Origin: Verrucomicrobiota bacterium | GTDB taxonomy: Bacteria; Verrucomicrobiota; Kiritimatiellia; UBA8416; SLMC01 | Assembly: GCA_030018915.1 (NCBI GenBank) | Contig: JASEHE010000001.1 | Coordinates: 15,843-79,842 of the forward strand | DNA: 64,000 bases | Reading direction: 5' to 3' | In this document: piece after piece, positions 1 through 9,035 of the stretch | How positions within the stretch are numbered: the first letter of the stretch is position 1 | Layout of the letters: the number at the start of each line of letters is the position of its first letter | The notes under the pieces: model-generated | What the model saw: only the letters and a program-made list of their open reading frames with translations | Databases searched by the model: none | What the model was told of the DNA's origin: nothing | Program-made: the position numbers and the translations under genes

Positions 1-814
1 ACGCCTCCGAATCAACCCCGAACTGACCGAACAGGTCCGGCCCCAGGATCGGCCGGACCTTCTCCCGGACGCCCTTGACGCGGACGCGGTACGCGCCGGC
101 CTTACCGGCCAGCGCCGCCACCGAGTGGTCCTGGGGAAAGGAGACCGTGACGGTTCTTTCTTCCCCGACGTTTGCGCCCACCAGCGCATTCGTGAACCCC
201 GGCAAAAAGCCCGGTTCGTCCATCAGCATCCAGAAGTCCGTCCCTTTGCCGACTCCCGGCAGCGAGGGCGCCAGGCTCGCGACGCTCCGGCCCTCGATTT
301 GGCCTTCGTAGTCCACCTTCACCAGGTCGCCGGCTTTGACCGCTCGCCCGGTCACGTCTTGAAACCGGGCGCGGCTCTCCAATGACACCTCCAGCGCCTC
401 CGCAACCTGCTTCTCCGTGATTTCCACGGGCCTGCCATTGAGCGCGATTTTTCCGTACTTGGGCAGGCTGAACTCGGGCGGCAGGTCAACGGTGACGCGG
501 ACCTGCATGCCTTGCTGCTTGTCGAACCTCGCGTCGGACACGCCGACGACCGCGACCGGATTGATGCGTTCCTGTTCCAGCGCTTTTCGGTACAGCTCCG
601 GCAGCAGCCGGTCGCGCGTCTCGTCGAGGATTCCGCGGGCGAACTGCCGCTCGACGATGTGCCGTGGCGCCCGGCCCTGCCGGAAGCCCCGCACGTTCGC
701 CCCCTTGACGAACAGGTCCACGACTTGATCGTATTCGCCCAGAACCTCGCTCGCCGGCGCGTCAATCAGGATCGCCTTGCGACAAGGCCCCGCGTCCTCG
801 AAAGAAACCTTCAT
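1..814 (-). CDS. tig: Trigger factor (partial; C-terminal part lies beyond the window start)
   Basis: Reverse-strand translation from ATG at 814 gives [24 protein letters not shown]...[15 protein letters not shown]...[20 protein letters not shown]. This follows the trigger-factor N-terminal ribosome-binding and PPIase pattern (E. coli FRKGKVPMNIVAQRYG, MIPGFEDGIKGHKAGEEF). There is no stop before position 1. It is absent from the ORF track because it runs off the end. Confidence 0.72.
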   Translation of the reverse strand, partial: MKVSFEDAGPCRKAILIDAPASEVLGEYDQVVDLFVKGANVRGFRQGRAPRHIVERQFARGILDETRDRLLPELYRKALEQERINPVAVVGVSDARFDKQQGMQVRVTVDLPPEFSLPKYGKIALNGRPVEITEKQVAEALEVSLESRARFQDVTGRAVKAGDLVKVDYEGQIEGRSVASLAPSLPGVGKGTDFWMLMDEPGFLPGFTNALVGANVGEERTVTVSFPQDHSVAALAGKAGAYRVRVKGVREKVRPILGPDLFGQFGVDSEA

Positions 815-822
815 CCGGGCCT

Positions 823-2259
823 TCACTCCTTCATGGACATCAGGAATTCCGCGTTGCTCTTGGTCTTCTTGATCTTGTTCACAAGCATCTCCATGGCCTC
901 GACCGGTGGAACTCCGTTGATGGCGCGCCGCAGAATCCAGATGCGACCGATCTCATCGGGATGGAGCAGCAGTTCCTCCTTTCGAGTGCCGGACCTCTCC
1001 ACGTTGATGGCCGGGAAGATGCGCTTGTCCACCAGCGCGCGGTCGAGACACAGCTCCATGTTGCCGGTGCCCTTGAATTCCTCGAAGATCACGTCGTCCA
1101 TGCGGCTGCCCGTCTCCACGAGCGCCGTTGCGATGATCGTGAGGCTTCCGCCGTTCTCGATGTTCCGCGCCGCGCCGAAGAAGCGTTTCGGCTTGTGCAG
1201 GGCATTAGCATCAACGCCTCCGGATAGAATCTTGCCGCTGTGCGGCTGCAGCGTATTGTAGGCCCGCGCCAGCCGCGTGATGCTGTCAAGCAGGATCACC
1301 ACGTCCTTGCCGCATTCGACCATTCGTTTGGCCATCTCGATCACCAGCTCGGCCACTTGAACGTGCCGCTCCGGCGTTTCGTCGAATGTCGAACTCAAGA
1401 CGTGGGCCTTCGTGCTTCGGACCATGTCCGTGACTTCCTCGGGCCGTTCGTCTATCAGCAGAATGATCAGGTAGATGTCCGGATGGTTTCCGGAGATGCT
1501 GTTGGCGATCTTCTGCAGCAAAACGGTTTTGCCCGTGCGTGGCGCGGCCACAATCAGTCCGCGCTGGCCCATCCCGATCGGCGTGAAGATGTCCATGACC
1601 CGCATGGAGACCTCGTCGGGCGCGGTTTCCAGATGGATGCGCCGATTGGGAAACAGAGGCGTCAGGTTCTCGAACGGTATCTTGTGCCGCGACAGGTCCG
1701 GGTCATTGCAGTTGACCTTGGCCACCCGAAGCAGCGCGAAGAAGCGTTCCTTGTCCTTCGGCTCGCGAATCTCCCCTTCGACGAGATCGCCGGTTCGCAG
1801 CGCAAACCGCCTGATCTGCGACGGAGAGACGTATATGTCTTCCGGACAGGGCAGGTAGTTGCTGTGGGGCGAACGCAAAAAGCCGAAGCCGTCCGGCAGG
1901 ATTTCCAGAACGCCTTTGCTGTGCATTGTGCCCGCCCGCCGGGCGTGCGCCTTGAGAATCTCGAAGATCAGCTCGTGCTTGCGAAGCGCGCCCAGATCCA
2001 CCAGGCCGAGCTTGTCCGCCATGGCGTTCAGGTCCGGCATGGACTTCTCCTGTAGATCGTAGAGACTGAGGACGTCGCCCGCCCGCTGCGAAGCCGCGGC
2101 CAGCTCCGCCAGAATCGCCGTGTCGGCCGAGTTGGGAGAGGAATCCCAGCCGGCCACTCTTCCGGCTTCCCGCGCCTCGGCGCCGTTGCCGTGCTCACGC
2201 CTGTCTCGGTCCATGTTTCGTCCGCGTCCGTCGTAGTTGTGTCTTGGGCGTCTATTCAC
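823..2259 (-). CDS. rho: Transcription termination factor Rho, with an N-terminal R/D/G-rich extension
   Basis: 478 aa. [16 protein letters not shown]-terminal domain, RNA-binding OB region, Walker [12 protein letters not shown] and RecA-like ATPase core typical of Rho. Confidence 0.9.
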   Translation of the reverse strand: MNRRPRHNYDGRGRNMDRDRREHGNGAEAREAGRVAGWDSSPNSADTAILAELAAASQRAGDVLSLYDLQEKSMPDLNAMADKLGLVDLGALRKHELIFEILKAHARRAGTMHSKGVLEILPDGFGFLRSPHSNYLPCPEDIYVSPSQIRRFALRTGDLVEGEIREPKDKERFFALLRVAKVNCNDPDLSRHKIPFENLTPLFPNRRIHLETAPDEVSMRVMDIFTPIGMGQRGLIVAAPRTGKTVLLQKIANSISGNHPDIYLIILLIDERPEEVTDMVRSTKAHVLSSTFDETPERHVQVAELVIEMAKRMVECGKDVVILLDSITRLARAYNTLQPHSGKILSGGVDANALHKPKRFFGAARNIENGGSLTIIATALVETGSRMDDVIFEEFKGTGNMELCLDRALVDKRIFPAINVERSGTRKEELLLHPDEIGRIWILRRAINGVPPVEAMEMLVNKIKKTKSNAEFLMSMKE

Positions 2260-2879
2260 GATCGCACTCCTGCTCCTGCATGTTTCCGAACCTCCTCAAT
2301 GCGCCGCCAAACCCGGGTCGTCTGTTCCAGCAGCAGTCGCCGGGCGCCGTTGTTGGCGATCACGAAATCGGCGCGCGTCATCTTAGCGTTTCCCGCCATC
2401 TGCGCGTCTATCCGCCGCCTCGCGGCCGACGGGGTCAGCCCGCGCATGCGAAGCCGGGCCATCTGATTGCGCGGGGATGCCCAGACGCAGACGACCACGT
2501 CCCACTCTTTCTCCATTCCGGCCTCGTAGAGCAATGGAACGATCAGCACAGCCACCCCTGTTCGCCGAGGTCTGGACTTGAGCCAGGCCCGCCATGCCTT
2601 TCGCGCATGCGGATGAACCAGCGCATTCAACCGGGCAAGTTCCAGAGGATTCGCGAATACCCGCCGGCCGAGAATCCCGCGGTCAATGGCGCCGGTCCGG
2701 GCATCGAGAATGCCGCGTCCAAACGAACTCGCGATCCCCGCGTATGCCGCGCCGTCCGGCCGCATTACCTCGCGCGCCAGACGGTCTGAATCGCAAACCG
2801 CCGCGCCAAGCTTGGCCATGAAGCTTCCAACCAGGCTCTTGCCACAGGCTATGCCGCCCGTTAGAGCAACCTTCAGCAT
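2256..2879 (-). CDS. coaE: Dephospho-CoA kinase
   Basis: 207 aa. [16 protein letters not shown]-loop at the N-terminus, size and architecture of CoaE. 4-nt overlap with rho. Confidence 0.8.
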   Translation of the reverse strand: MLKVALTGGIACGKSLVGSFMAKLGAAVCDSDRLAREVMRPDGAAYAGIASSFGRGILDARTGAIDRGILGRRVFANPLELARLNALVHPHARKAWRAWLKSRPRRTGVAVLIVPLLYEAGMEKEWDVVVCVWASPRNQMARLRMRGLTPSAARRRIDAQMAGNAKMTRADFVIANNGARRLLLEQTTRVWRRIEEVRKHAGAGVRS

Positions 2880-3092
2880 TGAAAACGAGATGTGCCGGAG
2901 GGCAGCATCTTATGGAGTTGCCGGGATCGGGAAAAGTGGTCTTTGGAAAAGCTCTCCAAGTATCGAACGGAGATCAGTTGAGTTGACCACATCGCCACCG
3001 AATTGTCAACCCCTAAACCCGGATATTTTCGCGCGGGAGTAATATGCGGGCTAAAACGCCCTCAAAACGCCGATCCGGAGATTCCATGACCA

Positions 3093-3995
3093 TCACATTC
3101 CGAGCTGACCCAGCCGCAGTTCCTGTTGACTGGGCATGCGCGCCAGGGATTCGAACTCGAGTTCCCTGAGAAACGGCGCCACCTTTTCCGGCGCCGCAAG
3201 CACGCGCTGAAAGCGCGGCCATTCCATTCCGGTCACGGCGTCGCGGCGCAAAGCAACCAGCCGCAGATTGCGCAGCACCCCATCGCGATGTTCTTGCAGC
3301 GAGCGCCGGAGCCGATCCTTGTCAATCTGCTCCAAGCGGTCCAGCAGCCCTGCCGTCGTCCCAAACCGGGCCAAAAGCCCGGCGGCGGTCTTTGGCCCCA
3401 CTCCTGGCACCCCTGGAATGTTGTCCGACGAATCGCCGGTGAGGGCCAGCCAGTCAGGAATCTGCGCCGGCATCACGCCCGTCTTTTCCGCGACCTCCCG
3501 CGGCCCCATCGGCCGCTCTTCGCCCGCGAGAGGCAGGATGCGGACTCTATCGGTCACCAACTGGTAGAGGTCCTTGTCGCTGGTGGCGATGAGGACTTCC
3601 TCAGTCGCCGGTTCCGCCCAGGCCACAACGGACGCGATCAGATCGTCCGCCTCCTGCCCCTCCTGCCGCAGCATGGGGATATCGGCCCGATCCAGGTATT
3701 CCATTGCCAGGCCCACCTGGCCTCGCAAATCGTCCGGCATGGGAGGTCTCTGCGCCTTGTACTCCGGCAGCAGTTCGGTTCGTTCGATGGGGATTCCAGC
3801 GTCAAATGCCACGGCCCAATGCGTCGGATTCAGAATCTCTTCGATTCGCCGAAGCTTTTTGATGAAGCCGAACACCGCGTTGGTCGGCCGGCCGGCCCGG
3901 GTGGACAAGCCCTTGATGGCATAAAACGAACGGTAGAGCACAGCCGCGCCGTCAACCAGGATGAGCCTGACCTTGCCGGACATTGCGGAACTCAC
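3093..3995 (-). CDS. Stand-alone 5'-3' exonuclease (PolA N-terminal-like, FEN family)
   Basis: 300 aa. VRLILVDGAAVLYRSFYA start, acidic metal-binding clusters and GVPGVGPKTAAGLL helix-hairpin-helix typical of 5'-3' exonuclease/FEN domains. Confidence 0.75.
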   Translation of the reverse strand: MSSAMSGKVRLILVDGAAVLYRSFYAIKGLSTRAGRPTNAVFGFIKKLRRIEEILNPTHWAVAFDAGIPIERTELLPEYKAQRPPMPDDLRGQVGLAMEYLDRADIPMLRQEGQEADDLIASVVAWAEPATEEVLIATSDKDLYQLVTDRVRILPLAGEERPMGPREVAEKTGVMPAQIPDWLALTGDSSDNIPGVPGVGPKTAAGLLARFGTTAGLLDRLEQIDKDRLRRSLQEHRDGVLRNLRLVALRRDAVTGMEWPRFQRVLAAPEKVAPFLRELEFESLARMPSQQELRLGQLGM

Positions 3996-6910
3996 GGCCG
4001 CGCGGCGGCGGCTGCGTCCGGCGCCGCCTTTGAGACGAGCGGCGCCCGTTTCATGATCGGTTTGCCGGCCGGGTCCACAAGCCGCGCGGTCACGAAGATG
4101 AGCAGGTTGCGCTTATCGGCTTTGTCGTAGCGGCTGCGGAACAGCCGGCCGAGCAGCGGAATGTCGCCGAGCACCGGAATCTTGTCGTCAACGCTGCTGC
4201 GGATCTCGGTGATCATGCCGCCCATGACCACCGTGGCCCCATTGTAGATGGAAATCTGTGTGGTCACGGTGCGCGTGTGAAAAAAAGGCTGCTCCATGTT
4301 GAGCACCTGCTCGTTTCCCCACTGGTCCTTGAACACCGAACCGTAGTTGTGCCAGATCGGTTCCGACACCACCTCGGGCGTCATGGTCAGATTGATCATC
4401 TGGCCTTCCGGGCTGACCTCCGGCAGCACGGAAAGAATCACGCCGACTTCCCGGGTCTCGAAGGACCCTGGTTCCACGATGCCGCCGATTGCCACGAGAG
4501 TGCCCCCGGCGGCCGCCGCCAGGATGGGTTGCACTGTGAACTCCGTCGGATAGATGTACTCCGTGACCACCTTGATGGTCGCCTCCAGGCCCGACTTGGT
4601 CGTGACTTTCGGGGCCGAAAGCAGGTCGGCATTGCCTTTCTGCTCGATTGCATGCAACACCATCGAGATTTCCGGGTTCGTCAGAACGGCCGCCAGCGTC
4701 AGAACATCGTCGGGCTGCACGGTCGCGCCGGTGGGAACGGCCATGTCGCGCACAAAGCGCTCGCCCCTGGTGAATCCTCTATCGAGTCCACCCATGTTCC
4801 TCCCCATGATCAGGCGTGGCCGGCTGGACGGCGGCCCGACGGCGCCCGACTTGTATGCCATTTCCCAGTTGTCCGTCAGGCCCCATTCGATTCCGAAGGA
4901 ATTGAGGTCGGTCTGGCCGACTTCGACGAAGCGCGCTTCGATCTCGATCTGGCTGGGCACCACGTTCAGCGCGGCCAGCTTTTCCTCGAAAATTGCCAAG
5001 TTGTTCTCCGTGTTCGCCACCATGAGCTTGCCGATGGCCGGGACGTGCTTGATGAACGAGCCCCCCGGCCACTGCACGCCCATTTCCCCGAACAGATCCT
5101 TCAGATTCGTCTCCCTGGTGGTGGTGGTTCGTTCCAGAGCCGTAAAGTCGCTCTTCCTTGCCGTCGCGCTGAGTTCTTCCCTGGTCCTCTCCGTGACTTC
5201 CACAAAGGACGCCAGCACGTCATACATCCGGTGAATGATCGGGCCATCCGGCGCGTTGAACGGCACAATCATCACGACGCTCCCCTCGATGCGCCACTTC
5301 AAGTTGGCGATGGACGTGACGATCTTGAGCGCCTCCAACACCGTAATGTAGCGGGCGCTGAACGTGAGCAAGGGGACTTCCACCCCGCCCGCCGCCATCG
5401 CCGCCTCGGGGACGGCTTCCGCCGCAAATGGGTCCTGCTGAGCAGCCCAGACGGGCGCCGTCAAGCCGCCACCAGCGGCGCCCACAAGGCCCAGGTTCAA
5501 GATCATGTTCACGCCCCGCTTCTCCTTCGACTCGGAAGACAGCGGATCGTGCTCCACGCTGGACGATTGAAGGAACTGAATGACGTCCTGAATGTTGGCC
5601 TGCCGGAAATCAATGTCCGGGATTTCGATCTTTTCCATCTTGTCCATGATGGCCTTGCGTCTGGGGTCCTCGGTGCTGATCGGTTGTTGCCGGTCGGTGA
5701 CAGGCGCGCTCATCTCGCTTTCCATGAGGGCATAGTCCCGCCGGTTCCAGTCGCGCTGCACGTCCGTCATCATCTGCTTGCGGGTGTACTCGAGTTCCAT
5801 GATGGCGATGTCGCCCTTCCGATTCGCCACCTTCTCCATCATGCGGATGGCCTCGGTGTTGTACGGGTCCAGCTTGACGATCTTTTCGAAGAACTCCTGG
5901 GCTTTGTCCAGTTCTCCCGCCAGGTAGTGCTCGCGGCCTTGGCGCAGCAGGTCGCTGAGTTTCTCCTCGGCTTCCGTCAAATCCTTCTGCTGCCACCGCT
6001 GTGTTGGTTTGGGTGGAGGCGGAGGCGGCTTGGCCTCGCGCCGCGCGATTTCGGCGGCAAGATCCCCGGCCAAAGGATGCCCGATCAGGAGGGCCCTTCG
6101 ACACAGCTTTTTCGCGTCCTCATAGTCGGCCTGCTCCATGAGCCGGAATGCCTCCATATAGGTGCTTTCCATCATGCCTTTTTCGGCCGTCTTTCGGTCC
6201 GCCTCGTTCTCGGCTCTGAACCCGGCGTCCTTGAATGCGTCCACGGCGTCCTTGAAGAGCTTGGTTGACTCGGTGAACTTCCGGGCCTGGAATGCCTTGT
6301 TGGCCTCCACCAGGGCTTCCCGGCCGTGTCGTTCGTAGGCGCGCCGGCGGAGCTCCTCGCTGTCCTTCATGAGGTCTATTTCGGCGGATCGTGGATCCAT
6401 GGCCTTGACCGCAGCGCGCTCGAAATCTGCCGGCGCGGCTTCACCGGCGAGTGGCGCGGGCTCCGCCGCGGCAACTGGAGCTGGAGGAGGAACCGGAACT
6501 GGCTCCTCCTTCTTCACTGACGGTGGCGCCTCCATCGGAACCTTGCTTGCCTCCTCGATCGCCTTGTCAAGATCGTCCGACGCCTCGGGGGCCGCTCTAG
6601 CCGGCTCGGCAGCTGGTGGGGCTTCCGCGGGCTTCTCCGCCGGTTTCTCGGCCGGCGCGGGTTCAGCGGGTTTTTCCACCGGCTTTGCGGTTTCTTTCTT
6701 GGGGGAATCAAGTAGTCCTTCGATTGCCATATCAATCGCCAGGTCCTCGACGATCTCGGCGCCGGACTTCGCGGCCTGTCCGTACGCGGCGGTGGCCCAC
6801 AGTCCAACGCCTACCATGGCAGACAGCATTCCGGAAGCACAAACAAGGAAACACGCCTTTTGTTTCATCGGAAAATTCTCCTCTACCGTTCTACCGCAAA
6901 CCGTAACCAA
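3992..6910 (-). CDS. pilQ: Secretin (type IV pilus / T2SS outer-membrane channel) with N-terminal TPR-containing region and PAEK-rich linker
   Basis: 972 aa, signal peptide MKQKACFLVCASGMLSAMVGVGLWATAAYGQAA. The C-terminus VVMGGMITE...SVDDKIPVLGDIPLLGRLFRSRYDKADKRNLLIFVTARLV is the canonical secretin signature. TPR-like helices and a (PAEK)n low-complexity linker lie upstream. Confidence 0.8.
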   Translation of the reverse strand: MVTVCGRTVEENFPMKQKACFLVCASGMLSAMVGVGLWATAAYGQAAKSGAEIVEDLAIDMAIEGLLDSPKKETAKPVEKPAEPAPAEKPAEKPAEAPPAAEPARAAPEASDDLDKAIEEASKVPMEAPPSVKKEEPVPVPPPAPVAAAEPAPLAGEAAPADFERAAVKAMDPRSAEIDLMKDSEELRRRAYERHGREALVEANKAFQARKFTESTKLFKDAVDAFKDAGFRAENEADRKTAEKGMMESTYMEAFRLMEQADYEDAKKLCRRALLIGHPLAGDLAAEIARREAKPPPPPPKPTQRWQQKDLTEAEEKLSDLLRQGREHYLAGELDKAQEFFEKIVKLDPYNTEAIRMMEKVANRKGDIAIMELEYTRKQMMTDVQRDWNRRDYALMESEMSAPVTDRQQPISTEDPRRKAIMDKMEKIEIPDIDFRQANIQDVIQFLQSSSVEHDPLSSESKEKRGVNMILNLGLVGAAGGGLTAPVWAAQQDPFAAEAVPEAAMAAGGVEVPLLTFSARYITVLEALKIVTSIANLKWRIEGSVVMIVPFNAPDGPIIHRMYDVLASFVEVTERTREELSATARKSDFTALERTTTTRETNLKDLFGEMGVQWPGGSFIKHVPAIGKLMVANTENNLAIFEEKLAALNVVPSQIEIEARFVEVGQTDLNSFGIEWGLTDNWEMAYKSGAVGPPSSRPRLIMGRNMGGLDRGFTRGERFVRDMAVPTGATVQPDDVLTLAAVLTNPEISMVLHAIEQKGNADLLSAPKVTTKSGLEATIKVVTEYIYPTEFTVQPILAAAAGGTLVAIGGIVEPGSFETREVGVILSVLPEVSPEGQMINLTMTPEVVSEPIWHNYGSVFKDQWGNEQVLNMEQPFFHTRTVTTQISIYNGATVVMGGMITEIRSSVDDKIPVLGDIPLLGRLFRSRYDKADKRNLLIFVTARLVDPAGKPIMKRAPLVSKAAPDAAAAARP

Positions 6911-6948
6911 CGACGCCGATCCTAATCGCCCGCCGTCTCGCTTTAGCT

Positions 6949-8022
6949 TTAGTCGTTCCGCTTCGTCAGTTTCTGACCGACCGTGAATTGTTTGCCGTCT
7001 TGCTCGCGTTCTATTGCCACACTTTCAGAATCCCTGTCAATTCGCAACATCTTGTACCGCTCGTCCTGAAGCACGAAAACGTCTCCGGGCTTCGCGGCGA
7101 TCTCTTTACTTCCCACGAGGAAAAACAAATGAACAGTATACTCGAACTGCTCGGCGTCCACGCCCTTCACCAGCACGACGACTTTATCGCCCTGCACCAA
7201 GGTCAGTTCGGACAGGTCAACCCGTTGCGACACCTTGCTGGTCGCCGTCGTCCTCATCTCGTATTTCTCTTCGAACTTGACCAGCTTGAATCCGCACGCT
7301 TCCTGGCCGATCTTCTTGAAGAACGTCATCAGGCTGCCGGCCTGGCTGCGGTTGAGGCCGTAGGTCCGGAAGCCGTCCGGACCGACGACCGTGCTCCTGA
7401 ACTTGAGGATGAATGGACGGACAACGAGCCTATCGACACGCAGTTTAGCCGGCAATTCCGGCCGGCTCCTGGGATCGGCGGGATCGGTCGAAGGCTGCGC
7501 GAGGCATTCCTCGACATTACTGAACCCGTCGTCGTCCTTGTCTTTGTTGGCGTCTGTCGGATCGAGAGGGTTGAGGCCGTGCTTCTTCTCCCATTCGTCT
7601 GGCATCTGGTCCTTATCCGTATCGCGACGGATGTCGATAATTGGCGGTTGTGGCCTCTTGCAGCCTTCGTGCGCGCATTGCATTGCAAGGTATGGGATCG
7701 GCCAGCGGCAATCCACGCACCACACCCGCATCTCGGGGGTGACCAATTGCCGATTGGTCCATGCATTGTAATCGATCTGGAAGGGCGCCCCGATCGCCTT
7801 CCGCGCCTGTTGGAAAACGGATTCGTCCTGGACTTCCGCGTCGAGATGCGCCGGTTTCATGTCGCGAATCTCCTCGTCCCATTCCCGTTGTTTCTCCTGG
7901 ATGCGGCCGATCTGCACGGCCAGATAGAGCAGAGAGAGAATAAGGCACACGAGCATGACAAACGCAATGAGTTTATCATGGTGAGTTCTGAGCGCGTCAA
8001 CGATGTCGTCAAACACCTTCAC
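6949..8022 (-). CDS. Pilus-cluster bitopic membrane protein (PilP position) with CxxC...Cx4C zinc-ribbon-like motif and TSP3/EF-hand-like DxDxDG motif
   Basis: 357 aa, one N-terminal TM (LIAFVMLVCLILSLLYLAVQI), VWCVDCRWPIPYLAMQCAHEGC, DPTDANKDKDDDGFSNVEEC. Translationally coupled (4-nt overlaps) to flanking pilus genes. Positional equivalent of Amuc_1099. Confidence 0.5.
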   Translation of the reverse strand: MKVFDDIVDALRTHHDKLIAFVMLVCLILSLLYLAVQIGRIQEKQREWDEEIRDMKPAHLDAEVQDESVFQQARKAIGAPFQIDYNAWTNRQLVTPEMRVWCVDCRWPIPYLAMQCAHEGCKRPQPPIIDIRRDTDKDQMPDEWEKKHGLNPLDPTDANKDKDDDGFSNVEECLAQPSTDPADPRSRPELPAKLRVDRLVVRPFILKFRSTVVGPDGFRTYGLNRSQAGSLMTFFKKIGQEACGFKLVKFEEKYEMRTTATSKVSQRVDLSELTLVQGDKVVVLVKGVDAEQFEYTVHLFFLVGSKEIAAKPGDVFVLQDERYKMLRIDRDSESVAIEREQDGKQFTVGQKLTKRND

Positions 8023-9035
8023 GGCGTAGTCTCTCCGGCTTTTGCGCGGCCTCGGGCCGGTTCAAACTTGTAGACGGTCACATTCATCCGCGCCTGGAGT
8101 GGTTTCTCGAGGGTCGGGCCGCTGACCACCCGGTCCTCCCGTTGCGGCCAGACCAAGCGGGCAGGAACTTTCTCCTCGGCCTTGTCCGCGCCGTCCGGCT
8201 TCGCGGCCGGCGTCCTGGCACTAGGGCGCCCTGCTGCGGCAACGTCGATCTCTTCCGCCGCCTGGGCCGGCGACGGCTTGACTCCGGTCCACTCGTTCTG
8301 CGCATCCAGGAACGTCACCACGGTGAAGGCGCCGAGTTTCGCGAGGCGATTCAGGATTCTCACGACCGAGGATTCCTTGGCTTTGAAGTCCAGCGCGAAG
8401 GACTGCCTGGTGTAGACGACTTTCTCGGCGGTCTTCGCCTCCGCCTTTGCCGGCTCCCTCGCCGCATGCCGGCGGCCGGAGGTCTCGAGCGCGCCCGGCG
8501 TCTTCTGCTCCTCGAATTCTTCACGGGCAACCCGCGTCAGCGCCGCGGCGCCTTCCTCGAAGACCGCCCGGCACACTGCCTGGACGATCAAGAGCTGCTC
8601 GTTCAGACGCATGACGTCCGTCGGAGACGGCATGATGCCTCCGGCATATTTCTCGAAGCCGAATTCGAAACGGGGCGGCAGCGCCGCGCCATGCTTCTCG
8701 GCTTCCTGGACCAGTTCCTTCTTCGCGTCGCTCAACAGGGTGAGCAGAATGGCCGGGCTGACTTGTACGACCTTGATCTCGCCCTGCCGCAGGTCGTCCG
8801 TGAGCCGCCCACGCCAGTCGGCGCAGACCTGCGCGTTCTTACGCTCGCGCTCGACGTTCTCCAGACTTGGGAACGGCTTGTTCCGATAGAAGTTGCGAAG
8901 GGTCCTCATGGCGGAATCCACGTCGCCCTTTACCGAGTTGAAGCGCTCGATCTCCCCGTAGAGCAGGAAGGCGGCCACGGCGACCAGCACCGCCACGGTC
9001 GCCGCGCCGATGATCACGAAGATGTTGGTTTTCAC
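8019..9035 (-). CDS. Amuc_1100-like / PilO-family pilus-associated membrane protein
   Basis: 338 aa, N-terminal TM (IFVIIGAATVAVLVAVAAFLLY) followed by coiled-coil, C-terminal A/P/K-rich tail. Same position (between secretin/Amuc_1099-like and PilM) and architecture as Akkermansia Amuc_1100. Confidence 0.45.
   Translation of the reverse strand: MKTNIFVIIGAATVAVLVAVAAFLLYGEIERFNSVKGDVDSAMRTLRNFYRNKPFPSLENVERERKNAQVCADWRGRLTDDLRQGEIKVVQVSPAILLTLLSDAKKELVQEAEKHGAALPPRFEFGFEKYAGGIMPSPTDVMRLNEQLLIVQAVCRAVFEEGAAALTRVAREEFEEQKTPGALETSGRRHAAREPAKAEAKTAEKVVYTRQSFALDFKAKESSVVRILNRLAKLGAFTVVTFLDAQNEWTGVKPSPAQAAEEIDVAAAGRPSARTPAAKPDGADKAEEKVPARLVWPQREDRVVSGPTLEKPLQARMNVTVYKFEPARGRAKAGETTP

Noticed and set aside
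352-765. 137-aa minus-strand ORF and plus-strand ORFs at 75-385 and 512-1261
   Set aside because: Alternate frames or antisense of the trigger-factor gene (real frame begins at 814 and runs off the window). Compositions are Arg/Ser-rich.
3992-3995. ATGA start/stop overlap between the secretin and the downstream 5'-3' exonuclease, suggesting translational coupling
   Set aside because: Functionally implausible pairing. An internal Met (MSGKV…) four codons downstream is an equally good start, so the overlap is probably coincidental.
4277-6268. 663-aa plus-strand ORF opposite the secretin gene
   Set aside because: His/Arg/Leu-rich nonsense composition. Antisense to a gene with an unmistakable secretin C-terminal signature.
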